DNA from: Saprospiraceae bacterium
GTDB taxonomy: Bacteria; Bacteroidota; Bacteroidia; Chitinophagales; Saprospiraceae
Direction: 5' to 3'
DNA length: 64,000 bases
NCBI GenBank assembly: GCA_021738725.1
Contig: JAIPBE010000005.1
Coordinates: 10,174-74,173, forward strand
The number at the start of each line of letters is the position of its first letter. Within the stretch, counting starts at the first letter, position 1. The position numbers and the translations under genes were made by a program. The notes below the pieces were generated by a model. It saw only the letters and a program-made list of their open reading frames with translations, was not told the origin of the DNA and searched no databases. Below are positions 1-8,107 of the stretch, piece by piece.

Positions 1-2
1 CC

Positions 3-2189
3 TACACCACAGGAAGTGCCGTCATCCCTTGTACGGATCCATCCTATTCCATCGAGGTCATAGTGAACGATTGCAATTGTCCAAGTACAGCCATCAATCC
101 TCCAGCTGATTTGTGCAATGATAACGGGACACTGGATCTCAACACCTTGCTTGTTACCACAGAAGCGGGGGCATGGTCCATCAGTTCAACGCCACCGGGA
201 ACAAATCCGGGCACATTGGTCAATACTACGTTCCAATCAAATGGGAAGGATCCTGGGACCTACACCATCAGGTTTACCTTAGCCACGACACCCCCTGCTG
301 GTTGCCCTGCCTTTGGAGAACAACCATTGAATGTTATACCAGCCCCTTTCGCTACTCTACAACCTCAATTATCGATTTGCAACAGCAACTCCTCCGGCCA
401 GGATCCGACTACACTTAACCTGAGTGACTTTTACCTGACAGGAGACCAAACCGGAACATGGGTGGACCTGACCGGAAGTGGTGCAACCGGCACTCTTCCC
501 GTACTTGATTTTACCGGGGTCACACCTGGTCTGTATCCGTTCACCTACACCACTGGCAGTGCTGTAGCTCCTTGTACCAATCCGTCCTATACAGTGCAGG
601 TCCTGGTGAAAAATTGTCTCTGTCCTGATCTGGATGTCCTCTCGTTTTCAGCTCAATGTAACAGTACGACAAGCCTGGATCTCACCACCCTTATTCAGCA
701 GGCGGCTCCAGGTATTTGGTCGCTCAGTGGCATCCCAGGTGGTACCAACCCGGCAGTACTGAATGGTGCATCACTGGATCTTCAGGATCGTGACCCTGGA
801 AATTACATCCTGACCTACACGCTGCAACCGGCCCCTCCAGCCGGATGTCCGACAGATGTCATGAGCACTGTTCAACTCGCTGATCAACCCATTGCGGGGA
901 TGGCGACTGTTCCTGTCGGGTTCTGTGAGGGTACCAATACCATTGCCAACCTGTCAAATTTGCTGCTTGGTGCTGACCCGGGAGGACAATGGACCTTTGT
1001 AACCGGACCCTCCAACCCGGGAGCTGACTTTGATGCATCTCTTGGTATGGTCAGTACGCAAAACCTCCTGGCCGGGGCGTATTCATTTCAATATGCGATC
1101 ACGGCCCAAGCTCCTTGTCAAAATGTATCGACTACTGTAGGTGTTCAGATCCAGCCGAATCCAGTGGCTGATGCCGGAGTAGACCAGTCTATTGACTGTC
1201 TTCAACCTGTGGTTTCGATCGGGCCTGCAATCACTCCTTCACCCGGACAGATCATCTCCTGGTCCGGACCCGGATTGAATGGCAATTCCACCGCCAACCC
1301 ATCTGTCAATGCGCCTGGTACCTTTATTCTTACTGTGACCGATCCTACATCCGGCTGTTCTTCGACGGATCAGGTTCTGGTCACAGGGAGCAATGATCTG
1401 ATCGTTGCGATAAATGTTGAAGGCAAGGGCAACAGCTGCCCGGGTTCTGCCGATGGATATATCGAAGTGATCAATGTCCAGGGTGGCACAGCTCCTTATC
1501 AATACACTTTGAACGGTGGGACGACCAACAGTACAGGTATGTTTACGCCTGTGACGGGTGGCACCTATCAGGTAAATGTCACGGATGCTATTGGATGCAG
1601 CCGGGATACAACCCTTGTTTTGACTTCTGGATTTGGATTTACCCTTGACCTCGGCCCGGATCAGCAAGTGCTGGCAGGCGCCAACGTACTCATCCAGGCA
1701 TCGATCAATCCTGCCTCGACATCCCTGTTTGAACTGGATTGGAGTCCTGCGCCTCCGGATGGATGTACCACCTGTACAGGGTTCTCATTTTCAGCATCCC
1801 TGGATGTCACCTATTCCCTCGTCGCCACGGATGAAAATGGTTGTACTGCGAGCGATCAGGTACATATAGCCGTCACATTGCCCCGAAGGGTCTTTATTCC
1901 GACAGCATTCTCACCCAACGGAGATGGCCTCAACGACGTATTTTATGTTCAGGGAGGATCGGAAGTCTTGCGCGTGATCGGTCTGCAAATATTCGATCGC
2001 TGGGGGAATGCCGTATTCCGCAGTGATGACACGCCTGTAAACGATTATGAGTATGGTTGGGATGGAACTTTCCGAGGCCGATTTGTCGGACAGGAGGTGT
2101 ACGTCTATGCGGCCGAAGTGGAATTTATTGACGGGTCCACCAGACTGTACAAAGGAGATGTCCTGATCAGTGATTCTCTGGTCAGGTAA
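3..2189 (+). CDS. Giant cell-surface adhesin-like protein, C-terminal part (5-prime end lies upstream of the window). It has Cys-containing ~90-aa repeats, one SprB-type repeat and a T9SS type-B sorting domain.
   Basis: The frame is open from nt 3. YTTGSAVIPCTDPSYSIEVIVNDCNC at the window edge repeats the internal YTTGSAVAPCTNPSYTVQVLVKNCLC, so the GTG at 63 in the ORF track is internal. A GGTAPYQYTLNGG SprB-like motif is present, and the C-terminal sorting signature is listed separately. Confidence 0.85.
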   Translation, partial: YTTGSAVIPCTDPSYSIEVIVNDCNCPSTAINPPADLCNDNGTLDLNTLLVTTEAGAWSISSTPPGTNPGTLVNTTFQSNGKDPGTYTIRFTLATTPPAGCPAFGEQPLNVIPAPFATLQPQLSICNSNSSGQDPTTLNLSDFYLTGDQTGTWVDLTGSGATGTLPVLDFTGVTPGLYPFTYTTGSAVAPCTNPSYTVQVLVKNCLCPDLDVLSFSAQCNSTTSLDLTTLIQQAAPGIWSLSGIPGGTNPAVLNGASLDLQDRDPGNYILTYTLQPAPPAGCPTDVMSTVQLADQPIAGMATVPVGFCEGTNTIANLSNLLLGADPGGQWTFVTGPSNPGADFDASLGMVSTQNLLAGAYSFQYAITAQAPCQNVSTTVGVQIQPNPVADAGVDQSIDCLQPVVSIGPAITPSPGQIISWSGPGLNGNSTANPSVNAPGTFILTVTDPTSGCSSTDQVLVTGSNDLIVAINVEGKGNSCPGSADGYIEVINVQGGTAPYQYTLNGGTTNSTGMFTPVTGGTYQVNVTDAIGCSRDTTLVLTSGFGFTLDLGPDQQVLAGANVLIQASINPASTSLFELDWSPAPPDGCTTCTGFSFSASLDVTYSLVATDENGCTASDQVHIAVTLPRRVFIPTAFSPNGDGLNDVFYVQGGSEVLRVIGLQIFDRWGNAVFRSDDTPVNDYEYGWDGTFRGRFVGQEVYVYAAEVEFIDGSTRLYKGDVLISDSLVR
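1881..2186 (+). other. T9SS type-B C-terminal sorting domain (gliding-motility-associated C-terminal domain)
   Basis: PRRVFIPTAFSPNGDGLNDVFYVQG ... IFDRWGNAVF ... GWDGTFRG ... VYVYAAEV ... YKGDVLI is the remembered signature of the TIGR04131-type CTD. Confidence 0.75.
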
Positions 2190-2259
2190 GCTGACATGTG
2201 ATCATCATCACGAAGGACACCTTGAAAAGGGACATACCTTTGTTGAAATTCAACAACGG

Positions 2260-2685
2260 ATGTCCCTTTTCAAGTCTACCCTGATCCTGTTTGCACTGCT
2301 TTCAGCTGCCGGTTGTGCCCAGCAAACGACCACCACCCAGTCAAATCCTGCAGAGGTAGCTACAACCATTGCCCACGATATTGACGTGAATACCTTCTCC
2401 GGGATGATGGGATCAAAACCGGATCATATCCTCCTTGATGTCCGTTCGCCTGAAGAAACCGCGCAGGCAAAATTGCCCGGCGCGATGGAGATCGATTTCT
2501 ATCAGTCCGACTTCCTGGAGAAAGTCGATCAACTACCGAAAGACAAGCCTGTTTTTGTGTACTGTCGCTCTGGCAATCGGAGTGGGCAGGCGATGGACAA
2601 AATGAAGACCCTTGGTTTTGTAGAAGTATACAACCTCAGTGGTGGAATAACGGCCTGGCAGGCAGCCGGACTTCCAATCCAATAA
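2260..2685 (+). CDS. Rhodanese-like sulfurtransferase domain lipoprotein
   Basis: The active-site loop CRSGNRSG follows VFVYC. The signal/lipobox-like N-terminus is MSLFKSTLILFALLSAAGC. I prefer the ATG at 2260 over the track start at 2170, which overlaps the upstream gene. Confidence 0.8.
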   Translation: MSLFKSTLILFALLSAAGCAQQTTTTQSNPAEVATTIAHDIDVNTFSGMMGSKPDHILLDVRSPEETAQAKLPGAMEIDFYQSDFLEKVDQLPKDKPVFVYCRSGNRSGQAMDKMKTLGFVEVYNLSGGITAWQAAGLPIQ

Positions 2686-2691
2686 ATAAAA

Positions 2692-2718
2692 CCCCGTCCC
2701 GGTAAACCGGAGACGGGG
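2692..2718. terminator. Stem-loop between convergent genes. On the minus strand it is followed by a T-run, making it the intrinsic terminator for the lectin adhesin gene.
   Basis: CCCCGTCCCGG-TAAA-CCGGAGACGGGG forms an ~11-bp stem with one bulge. The minus-strand reading ends in ...GGGGTTTTATTT. Confidence 0.6.
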
Positions 2719-2728
2719 CCAAGGGGGG

Positions 2729-2752
2729 CCGACTCCATATGATCGGAGTCGG
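2729..2752. terminator. Second stem-loop in the same convergent intergenic region
   Basis: CCGACTCC-atatgatc-GGAGTCGG is a perfect 8-bp stem with an 8-nt loop. No adjacent T-run is present. Confidence 0.4.
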
Positions 2753-2774
2753 TTGCTGGTTTTGAGGGTTTCTC

Positions 2775-5700
2775 TTATTGAATGATCAATTTCAGTTGGA
2801 TCTGACTATTCCCTGTCCGCAGATCAAGGAGGTACATCCCGGCGGGTAACCCCGAAATATCAAGATCACACTGACTGGCTACCGGACTCGCCCAGGTCCA
2901 TGACTTGACTCGTTGACCCAATGGATTGAACAAGGATCCTTGTACCGTCTCCGTCCAGTCACCCTCCCAGGTCAGACTGACCCGTTCAGTAGCTGGATTA
3001 GGGAATAGTTTCAGGTCCTGCAACGGAAAGGCACCTTCCAGATCAGTGATCGTGCCCAACTGAACGAGCAGGTCTTCTACTTCGCCCTGCGCAAACAAAC
3101 CACATGATTCGGGTAAGGTTGGATCGCTCTGAATATTGGTGTATTTCACGCTGACGCGGATGAAGGATGGTCCGGCCACTGCAAAATCGGGGACGACGGC
3201 CACAAATGATCGAGGACCTTCACTCAATTCCTTGGCATCATAGATCATTTCACCATAATCCAGGAAATCACCATCCCGGTTCCAGTCAGCCCAGGCCCGG
3301 ATATACGCTGTGAGCGCTTCTCCAGAATATCCGGGGATGACATCAATCGTCACCTCATCATTCCAGGCCAATAGTGGTTCTGTTGCGACAGATCCACCCC
3401 AGCCACAGTTGTTTCCATTGTTGAACGGCTGACCTTGCAAGGATACTTCCTGCACCCATAAGCCTTCCGTACTCTCTCCCCTGCTCTCACAGCTTGAACC
3501 ACCGCTGAGCGGGATTATATGAATCGTGAATATGCAGAAACCAGAATTTCCGCATACATCATCTGCCCAATACTGGACTTCTGTTTCACCGGGATAGTAC
3601 GTATCACCGGGATAATGCGTGGCCGTCAATTCAAAGTCACTGCAGTTGTCGGTCACCTGAGGTTCATTCCAGAAAACAACCACCGGACACCATTCTTCGG
3701 TATAGACATATATATCCTGGGGACAGCTATCAAAAAGTGGAGCTTCCTCATCTCCGGTTTGGACCCACTGCACACAGGAAACCGTCTTACTGGTATCGTT
3801 CAATACCGTCAGCGTCCAGGTCCGGCCGATCTTGGCAGAACCAGGGCATCCAGATGAATCCATGATCCAATCGCTATAAGTCAGATCCAGCACGCCACAA
3901 TTGTCCGGACCTGTCAGAGTTGGCTCGCCTGCGACGGAGGGGTCTATCGGATCTCCAGGGCAGGCCTGGTACTTGCCAGGGCACTGCATCTCCGGCAATA
4001 CGCAACATTCTTCTATTGTCACGGTAAAGCTGCAGATCGCTTTGTTTCCACACTCATCGAGGACCGTATAGGTAACAGTGGTGACACCCTCCTGAAATAC
4101 ACTACCCGGAGAATGACTGGCCAGAATGGTCGCAGGACTGCAATTGTCCATGGCGCCTGGAGGATTCCAATCGACGATCGCCTCACAATCCTGATTAGGT
4201 TCTACCGTAATATTCGCCGGACACTCCCAGACCACCGGTGGTGTTTTATCCAACTGGGTGATCGATTGTGAAGCAGTAGAGACATTGCCACAGTCATCTT
4301 CTGCTGTCCAGGTCCGAATGGTCACCTTGCCCTCTTCACAAGCGACACCGTAGGTGGAATCCTGGTAGATCAGGGTCACTGACCCACAATTATCGGATGT
4401 CGCCGGGTTCCCGAAAGGCAAGGACGCTTTTGGACAGATGGTCACATCATCAGGGACATTGGAGATCACCGGAGGTAGTTTATCCTCCAGAACGATCCAT
4501 TGTATGCAAGTGGCAAACAGTCCTGGCTGGGCATCAAAATATGACTTCCAGGTCAGCTTGATGGTTTGATTCCAACAGTTACCCATGCTGATCACCTCAT
4601 CGTCAAAAGAGACCACGACATTCCCACAGGGGCCATCCGGAGTGGATGTGGTGGCAAATCCAGTGACCAGTGGTGAGGCTGATTCTTCCGGACATCCCAG
4701 GAAATCAGGGGGACAGATGATCGCGGGCGCTTTGCAACATGTCGTTACGGTCACCTTGAAAGAACATTGCGTTTTGTTACCACAAGCATCCACGAATGTA
4801 TAGGTGACGATGGTTGTTCCTTCATAAAATGTGCTGCCAGGTTGGTGCGTCACGGTTGTCGTGACACTCCCACAGTTGTCCATGGGGATGGGTGCCGCCC
4901 AACCGACCTTGACACTGCAATCCGGGCCAGGAGCCACCGTTACATCATTCGGACAATCCCAGATCGTCGGCGGCTCCTTGTCTTCCAGATAAATGTATTG
5001 GACACAAGTGCTGTAGAGCTGCGGGTTGATATCAAAAGATGCTTTCCAGATTCGTTTGATCACCTTATCCCAGCAATTCCCCTGGCTGAGGATCTGGTCC
5101 GACCAGGTGATCAAGACCTTGCCACAGGGGCCATCCGGTGTCCATGACATGGCCCAACCTGTTGTATTGGGGTCCATCGGCGTATCCGGACAGCCGTAAA
5201 AATCATCCGGACACTGGATCTCTGGTCCTTGATAACAACAATTCTTGACGGTCACGGAGAAACTGCATGTGGCCATCTGTCCGCATCCATCTGTCGCCTT
5301 GTAAGTAATTACAGTCGTACCGACCGGGAAGACACTGCCCGACGGAGGACCGGATAACTGAACGATGGATTCGCAGGGGATCTCCATGATAAACTCGCGT
5401 TTGGTATTCCCCAACTCATCCGACCAGAATCCGTCCGGATGGATGATTGTATAATCTTCATTGTAAAATCCTCCATTATCCGGTTGGCCCGGTATCCAAC
5501 GAGTGAAGGCTAAAGGGTCATTGTTGACCCAGGCGAACTGACCTTCCACCTGTTCATCCGTCAAACCGATCCAGGCAGTCGTGCCCATCAATTTGGAAGC
5601 CAGCCAACTGTTCTCCGCCTCCGAGTTGATGACTGCCAGATGTCCACCTTCGGAGAGAGCGAGTGCCTGACTGATACCCCATTCGTGTTTTTGTTGGGAA

Positions 5701-7274
5701 CAGTAATAGTGAGAGCCCTGGTATTCTCCCATATAGATATATCCGGAGATGGGATCACCGTCGGGGCAATCCTCACAACATGACCAGATCGTGGGGAAAT
5801 TCCAAGAATACGTTGCCCCGTTCTTGCCAGATTGACAATCCAGGGTGACATCATCCGGGCATTCGAGGGAAATTCCTCCGGATACAACCACATTGAAGCT
5901 GCAGTACGCGATGTTGCCACAATCATCGGTGATCTTGTATTTGATTTCTGTCGAACCCAGTGGGAAGATGGATCCCGGCGGCGGTCCTTTGATCTGTTCG
6001 ATGTGTAAACAGGGCACTTCGATGATACACTCTTTATAGGCCTGCATATCGATTGTTTTCCATTTTCCACCCGCCAAAAGGGTGACAACATCTTCATTTC
6101 CGGTGATATTTTCCGGTTGGCCTACAGCCCAATTGAAGTAACCTGTTGGTTGATTATTGGCCCAGACAAACTGTCCCTCAGAAGCCAGGTCATTCAACCC
6201 GATAAAAGCATCAGGCAATTGGAGTATACCTGCCAAATATTGGTTTTCTGCAGCGGTGCCGATACTGGCCAGATAGCCGCCATAGGAGGCGGCATAAGAC
6301 TGGCCGGTTGTCCATTGGAAGGGTGAATTCGTACAATAATAATGGGAGCCGTTGAATGAGCCCATATCAATGGTATTCGGCGGCACCGAACCACACTTTC
6401 CACAGACTGTACTGCCTGTAGGTAGCGCCCATGTGACCACCGCACCATTGATAACCGGCTGGCAGTTCACATGAATGTCATCCGGGCACTCCACTTCAAT
6501 ATTGGGCAGTACCGTAACTGAAAAGGAGCAAAGCACTTGATTGCCACACGGATCTGATACCTGATAGCTGATCAGGGTCGTGCCGATCGGAAAAAAGGAG
6601 CCACTCGGGAGGCCCGCCGTCTGGATAATCTGTACACAAGGCACTTCAGCAATAAAATGCATTTTCTTCAACACCTCCACATCCTGCCAGTATCCATTCG
6701 AAGACATGGCCACTGCATCCTGCTCTGATAGACCATTCCCATTATCAGGCTGTCCGATATACCAATTGGTATAGTTGACAGATTCTCCACTATGCCATTG
6801 ATAGTTGCCTTCCAGCGTCTGATCATGCAAGCCAATAAACGCTTGAATGCCCGGGATCTGCATGGCGATAAAGGCATTTTCTTCCGGACTGTTGATAGAC
6901 GCCAGATATCCACCTTGATTCGCAATGAACATCGCTGCTGAATTCCAATCTGTGATATTCAGGGATTGGAAGTAATGATGGCCATTGAATTCACCCAGAG
7001 ATACACAACCGGGCAGGTTGTCAATACACAACGGGCAATCGGACTTTACCTGGATCGAACCCCAGGAAACATAGGCTCCGTTCAATCCATTTGCGGCATA
7101 AACGCTGATCGGTGCAGGGCAATTGACTTCCAATCCACCCAAAACGGGGCGGGATTCAACTGAAATGTCTTCTGATGATGGAAAAAAATGGGCTGATGCC
7201 ACGTGTACCAGGCTGAACCATAGACTCAGACCAAGCACAAGCGCACGCCACCGGCGGTGTACCAGTGTTTGCAT
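2775..7274 (-). CDS. T9SS-sorted multidomain adhesin with 3 C-type lectin domains interleaved with HYR-like modules, 3 larger Cys-rich/HYR modules, a GEVED domain and a type-A CTD
   Basis: The start is taken at MQTLVHRRWRALVLGLSLWFSLVHVASA (signal peptide, ATG 7274-7272) rather than 7331. CTLD signatures WIGL/FIGL..GQPDN..ED..W.D..F.E.PC occur three times. HYR-like PPTIWDCPNDVTVAPGPDCSVKVGWAAPIPMDNCGSVTTTVTHQPGSTFYEGTTIVTYTFVDACGNKTQCSFKVTV is present. GEVED and the Por-tail are listed separately. Confidence 0.85.
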   Translation of the reverse strand: MQTLVHRRWRALVLGLSLWFSLVHVASAHFFPSSEDISVESRPVLGGLEVNCPAPISVYAANGLNGAYVSWGSIQVKSDCPLCIDNLPGCVSLGEFNGHHYFQSLNITDWNSAAMFIANQGGYLASINSPEENAFIAMQIPGIQAFIGLHDQTLEGNYQWHSGESVNYTNWYIGQPDNGNGLSEQDAVAMSSNGYWQDVEVLKKMHFIAEVPCVQIIQTAGLPSGSFFPIGTTLISYQVSDPCGNQVLCSFSVTVLPNIEVECPDDIHVNCQPVINGAVVTWALPTGSTVCGKCGSVPPNTIDMGSFNGSHYYCTNSPFQWTTGQSYAASYGGYLASIGTAAENQYLAGILQLPDAFIGLNDLASEGQFVWANNQPTGYFNWAVGQPENITGNEDVVTLLAGGKWKTIDMQAYKECIIEVPCLHIEQIKGPPPGSIFPLGSTEIKYKITDDCGNIAYCSFNVVVSGGISLECPDDVTLDCQSGKNGATYSWNFPTIWSCCEDCPDGDPISGYIYMGEYQGSHYYCSQQKHEWGISQALALSEGGHLAVINSEAENSWLASKLMGTTAWIGLTDEQVEGQFAWVNNDPLAFTRWIPGQPDNGGFYNEDYTIIHPDGFWSDELGNTKREFIMEIPCESIVQLSGPPSGSVFPVGTTVITYKATDGCGQMATCSFSVTVKNCCYQGPEIQCPDDFYGCPDTPMDPNTTGWAMSWTPDGPCGKVLITWSDQILSQGNCWDKVIKRIWKASFDINPQLYSTCVQYIYLEDKEPPTIWDCPNDVTVAPGPDCSVKVGWAAPIPMDNCGSVTTTVTHQPGSTFYEGTTIVTYTFVDACGNKTQCSFKVTVTTCCKAPAIICPPDFLGCPEESASPLVTGFATTSTPDGPCGNVVVSFDDEVISMGNCWNQTIKLTWKSYFDAQPGLFATCIQWIVLEDKLPPVISNVPDDVTICPKASLPFGNPATSDNCGSVTLIYQDSTYGVACEEGKVTIRTWTAEDDCGNVSTASQSITQLDKTPPVVWECPANITVEPNQDCEAIVDWNPPGAMDNCSPATILASHSPGSVFQEGVTTVTYTVLDECGNKAICSFTVTIEECCVLPEMQCPGKYQACPGDPIDPSVAGEPTLTGPDNCGVLDLTYSDWIMDSSGCPGSAKIGRTWTLTVLNDTSKTVSCVQWVQTGDEEAPLFDSCPQDIYVYTEEWCPVVVFWNEPQVTDNCSDFELTATHYPGDTYYPGETEVQYWADDVCGNSGFCIFTIHIIPLSGGSSCESRGESTEGLWVQEVSLQGQPFNNGNNCGWGGSVATEPLLAWNDEVTIDVIPGYSGEALTAYIRAWADWNRDGDFLDYGEMIYDAKELSEGPRSFVAVVPDFAVAGPSFIRVSVKYTNIQSDPTLPESCGLFAQGEVEDLLVQLGTITDLEGAFPLQDLKLFPNPATERVSLTWEGDWTETVQGSLFNPLGQRVKSWTWASPVASQCDLDISGLPAGMYLLDLRTGNSQIQLKLIIQ
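2778..3020 (-). other. T9SS type-A C-terminal sorting domain (Por secretion tail)
   Basis: LKLFPNPATERVSLTW ... GLPAGMYLLDLRTGNSQIQLKLIIQ at the extreme C-terminus. Confidence 0.75.
3069..3464 (-). other. GEVED domain
   Basis: The eponymous motif is FAQGEVEDLLVQ. Codons GGC GAA GTA GAA GAC were verified at 3086-3072. It is preceded by ..AWADWNRDGDF... The domain boundaries are approximate. Confidence 0.55.
5373..5735 (-). other. C-type lectin domain 3 (QPD motif)
   Basis: YQGSHYYCS...GGHLAVINSEAENSWL...AWIGLTDEQVEGQFAW...PGQPDNGGFYNEDY....GFWSDE....EFIMEIPC. Confidence 0.7.
6009..6368 (-). other. C-type lectin domain 2 (QPE variant)
   Basis: FNGSHYYCT...GGYLASIGTAAENQYL...AFIGLNDLASEGQFVW...GQPENITGNEDVV..GGKWKT....ECIIEVPC. 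Confidence 0.65.
6636..7010 (-). other. C-type lectin domain 1 (QPD motif)
   Basis: FNGHHYFQS..W..A...A...GGYLASINSPEENAFI...AFIGLHDQTLEGNYQW..G..V.YTNW..GQPDN....EQDAV.....GYWQDV.....HFIAEVPC. The QPD codons CAG CCT GAT were verified at 6752-6744. Confidence 0.7.
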
Positions 7275-7420
7275 TGTACAGGAAATTTTGGTAGTAAAAG
7301 AGTCAGTAAACCACATCGTCAAACAGGACAATGGGACATGGTTCTTAGAGGGGGGTGAATAAATCCGAAGATCTGTTCACATCAAAGTTAATTCAAATAT
7401 GATTATTCCAAAGCTTTTAG

Positions 7421-8107
7421 GTGAATTACTTACTTGCTGACTCCAAACGGATGTTCCTACCTTGTCTTCCGATGACCGCCTATTGTACGCATTTGCATTA
7501 TTGGCCAGCTTGTCAATGGCTGGCGCCACTGGCATCCGGTAAGACATTGATCCTGGAAGCACATGATCATTACCAGAAGAAAAGTGGTCGCAACAGGACA
7601 ACCATCCTCAGTTCATACGGGCCCACAAAGCTCTCCGTTCCACTCCTCAAGGGCAAACATCAACAGATGCCCTATCAGGATGTGCAGATTGCCTGGGATG
7701 CCCCCTGGAATCGAACCCACTGGCGAACGATCCGATCCTGCTATGGCCGAGCACCATTCTACGAACATTTTGAAGATGATCTGGCGGTGCTCTATGAGCG
7801 AAAGGACGTTTTCTTGTGGGATTGGAATCTCGCATTATTCCACTGGCTCTTGCATCAAATGCAACTACCGGAAGACTTCAACTTCACAGCCTCCTGGAAG
7901 ACAGTTCTGGATTCGGACACCTTGGATCTTCGTCAGATCGATATGGATAAGGTTACGGATCACATTCTTTCACAGACTCCCTATCCCCAGGTCTTTGCAG
8001 ATCGTCATGGATTCACACCGGGGTTGAGTGCCCTGGATTTGCTATTTTGCGCAGGTCCTCAGGCCCGGATGATCCTCCGGAAAATGAACCGGATCGAACC
8101 AGAATGA
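7421..8107 (+). CDS. WbqC-like family protein
   Basis: HDHYQKKSGRNRTTILSSYGPTKLSVPL and W..HWRTIRSCYGRAPFYEHFEDDL resemble the remembered WbqC family core (yqKqsyrNR...ltvP; ...aYg.sPfFe.y). The start is uncertain (GTG 7421 or ATG 7451) and the N-terminus is divergent. Confidence 0.6.
   Translation: MNYLLADSKRMFLPCLPMTAYCTHLHYWPACQWLAPLASGKTLILEAHDHYQKKSGRNRTTILSSYGPTKLSVPLLKGKHQQMPYQDVQIAWDAPWNRTHWRTIRSCYGRAPFYEHFEDDLAVLYERKDVFLWDWNLALFHWLLHQMQLPEDFNFTASWKTVLDSDTLDLRQIDMDKVTDHILSQTPYPQVFADRHGFTPGLSALDLLFCAGPQARMILRKMNRIEPE

Noticed and set aside
2170-2259. N-terminal extensions implied by the ORF track. These are 2170 for rhodanese, 14052 for the lipoprotein, 26174 for the coiled-coil protein, 7331 for the lectin adhesin, 35938 for thiolase and 8047 for the GTPase.
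   Set aside because: In each case an internal ATG immediately precedes a proper signal peptide or the conserved family N-terminus. The extension also overlaps an upstream gene or consumes the promoter region. The shorter starts were adopted.
7708-7725. GGAATCGAACCCAC, the reverse complement of a tRNA T-arm-like GTGGGTTCGATTCC
   Set aside because: The flanking sequence does not form a 5-bp T-stem, an acceptor stem or an anticodon arm. The segment encodes the conserved WbqC motif PWNRTHW in a long open frame. The match is coincidental.
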